From NCBI GenBank assembly GCA_963737155.1, contig CAVTRN010000001.1, positions 352,001-416,000 on the forward strand: a DNA stretch of 64,000 nucleotides, read 5' to 3'. This document shows, in pieces, positions 62,332 through 64,000 of this stretch. Under the pieces are notes generated by a model. The model was not told the DNA's origin, did not search any database, and saw only the letters and a list, made by a program, of their open reading frames with translations. The stretch is from Nitrospirota bacterium (GTDB taxonomy: Bacteria > Nitrospirota > UBA9217). The translations under genes and the position numbers were made by a program. Position 1 is the stretch's first letter. The number at the start of each line of letters is the position of its first letter.

Positions 62332-62978
62332 TAAAGAAATCAATTATTAGTTTATTTGGTTTGATGATGGTCTTAATAATTGGATGTAGCTCATCCATAC
62401 CAGAACCAGTTAAACAAGAACTTTTTGAGAAAAGACCGATAAATGAAGTGCTATATAAGTCATTGCGTGTTAATCAATTACCTAATAATATACCAATCAT
62501 CGATAAATGGCTTGTCAAGAATGGATATATAACTTATCAGACTATCGATGTAAAGCTTAATCCTGAATGTGTTAGAGCCTACAGGGGCTATAGATATAAT
62601 AATAATGAACTCTCGAAAATATGTAATGACCCTGCTCAAATAAATATTAAAGAAACCTCAAAAGCCATACCTTATTTAAATATGAATGGTCCTGATATAC
62701 TTGGGATAACTTATGCTACTTTTCATGCAGATAAAATTGTAAGTGTACAAAAACTTGATGGGAAAGATGAACAAAATGCTCCATATGTAATATATAGATT
62801 AATTGTACAAATTAAAGTAAATCCAAGTTTACCTGAATTACCTTCATTAATTTACACCACTCCATGGACCTTGGAAATAGCTTATGACCCTTTTACTAAA
62901 CAAATTCTGCAACACTTTAATCCATCTCCAATTACATCCGATATTGAAAATGAGTATATAAAATTTTTGAGTAACTAA
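62328..62978 (+). CDS. Hypothetical lipoprotein
   Basis: MIKKSIISLFGLMMVLIIGC lipobox; AAGGAGG RBS. Confidence 0.8.
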   Translation: MIKKSIISLFGLMMVLIIGCSSSIPEPVKQELFEKRPINEVLYKSLRVNQLPNNIPIIDKWLVKNGYITYQTIDVKLNPECVRAYRGYRYNNNELSKICNDPAQINIKETSKAIPYLNMNGPDILGITYATFHADKIVSVQKLDGKDEQNAPYVIYRLIVQIKVNPSLPELPSLIYTTPWTLEIAYDPFTKQILQHFNPSPITSDIENEYIKFLSN

Positions 62979-63267
62979 AATAATTAATGAGGAATAAGAC
63001 ACGCTTCGAATACTGATGAATTGACAATAAGGCATTATCTTAATGAAACGGACATCGGACAAAAAGAATAATAATGGAATTGAGATAACCAACTGGACGG
63101 TTGGTGATGCATCAAATTATTAGAGTCTGGAACGGGTTAATGAGAAGGATGAAAATTATTATTCATCGAATATTTACACCATTCACCCAAATTGGCAGGA
63201 ACATAAGGGACATAGTGAGAGGTATCAGGGCAAGTAGAAATGATTTATTTTATTGGAGGTAGTTATC

Positions 63268-63783
63268 ATGAATATACAAATTGAACTTATTGAAATTGAA
63301 TGGTCGGGGCCCTTTTCAATGGAAGAAATTCAAAAGTTAGATAATGGCTGGGATTGTGGGATTTACGCAATCTATGGAACCCACGCAGTATTCGGCCCAG
63401 ACAGCTTGCTTTATATCGGTAAAACTGCCGATAATACCTTTGCGGATAGAATATGTTGGCACAAAGAAGAGTGGATTCCCTGGGAGCCAAGCACAACGAT
63501 GGTGTATGTTGGAAGGCTTGGCGGGATTGAGAAAATGTGTGAATCTAAGTGGTCGCAGTGGGACGACATGATAGATAAAGCAGAACGTCTTCTTATCTTC
63601 TACACAACTCCACCATATAATTCAATGGGGAAAAAGAACCCTAATATAGGCAATACAGTTCTTTTAATAAACCACAAAAAACGACACAGAATACCTATGT
63701 CACTAACCAATTATGAGTGGCAGAGTTCAATATCGGGAGCTAATTGGACTGTATTTGGAAAGGAGGCGGGAAACCAGGGCTAA
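63268..63783 (+). CDS. GIY-YIG-family nuclease
   Basis: GIYAIYG..LYIGKT..RI..AERLLI..PPYN; GGAGG RBS favours ATG 63268. Confidence 0.78.
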   Translation: MNIQIELIEIEWSGPFSMEEIQKLDNGWDCGIYAIYGTHAVFGPDSLLYIGKTADNTFADRICWHKEEWIPWEPSTTMVYVGRLGGIEKMCESKWSQWDDMIDKAERLLIFYTTPPYNSMGKKNPNIGNTVLLINHKKRHRIPMSLTNYEWQSSISGANWTVFGKEAGNQG

Positions 63784-63864
63784 CCTTGCCACCATAAAAT
63801 CACAATAGGTACAAAAACCCTCAACTGTTGCTGCTTCTCAATAGGATAACGATTCATACTTTCT

Positions 63865-64000
63865 TTAAACCTTCGTGCTGAATAGTTCTGACCACTTGAG
63901 TTTAGCTACAGCAAAGAGGTATATGATTTCTATGATTCCAACCGTGTTCACAACAAACAGAATCACGAACCACCATACCTGTCCTCTTCTTCCTGAGTGC
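63865..64000 (-). CDS. DUF5652-like small membrane protein (5' end outside the window)
   Basis: ..RRGQVWWFVILFVVNTVGIIEIIYLFAVAKLKWSELFSTKV*. Confidence 0.65.
   Translation of the reverse strand, partial: HSGRRGQVWWFVILFVVNTVGIIEIIYLFAVAKLKWSELFSTKV

Larger units (their letters stand above)
48623..64000. mobile_element. tRNA-targeting integrative genomic island (defence-rich), continuing beyond the window
   Basis: att fragment, abrupt AT-rich composition, excisionase-like HTH, TA/nuclease cargo and gene remnants; integrase not in window. Confidence 0.85.

Noticed and set aside
48960-63013. ACGCTTYGA motif (48960, 60103, 62268, 63001) as an integron-like cassette recombination site
   Set aside because: The two long copies are explained as SRAP codons (G-R-F-D). 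The other two share only ~9 nt, and none has attC R''/R' boxes.
1-64000. CRISPR array, rRNA or prophage structural genes
   Set aside because: No regularly spaced repeats, rRNA-like sequence, or capsid/terminase motifs were seen by eye.

Overview
Bacterial chromosome window with two parts; the gene content suggests an anaerobic Nitrospirota/Desulfobacterota-type organism (inference). Positions 1-48,650 are GC-richer core. They hold a partial IS1182 transposase, a decayed thyX, and a folate/Wood-Ljungdahl accessory operon (cooC, 5-FTHF cyclo-ligase, folE, GltD-like/ferredoxin/MvhD fusion, metV, metF, panB). Next come rlmN, an ORF-deleted group IIC intron sitting behind a terminator, and a ~19 kb chemosensory operon (three long MCPs, one fused to a PhnD-like domain, plus HEAT, ExeA and GAF genes). 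The rest of the core is yajQ, lolA, recQ, cdh, ftsK, glgP, a UGA/selenocysteine DsbA-FrnE gene that the ORF track truncates, rnj and an NlpC/P60-DUF1460 fusion. At ~48,623-48,651 a duplicated tRNA-Leu-type 3' end (att site) opens an AT-rich integrated island that runs past the window end. It is packed with defence-type cargo: a B12 radical SAM + divergent UDG-family pair behind a consensus promoter and a 42-codon ORF (best candidate for an undescribed system), a Panacea/MazF-like TA pair, a split ShosTA-like PRTase-DprA-HAD operon, an OLD ATPase-TOPRIM nuclease, and PD-(D/E)xK and GIY-YIG nucleases. Two truncated SRAP (MCGRF...) gene starts are each coupled to a different cargo gene. All assignments come from reading motifs by eye; no database searches were run.
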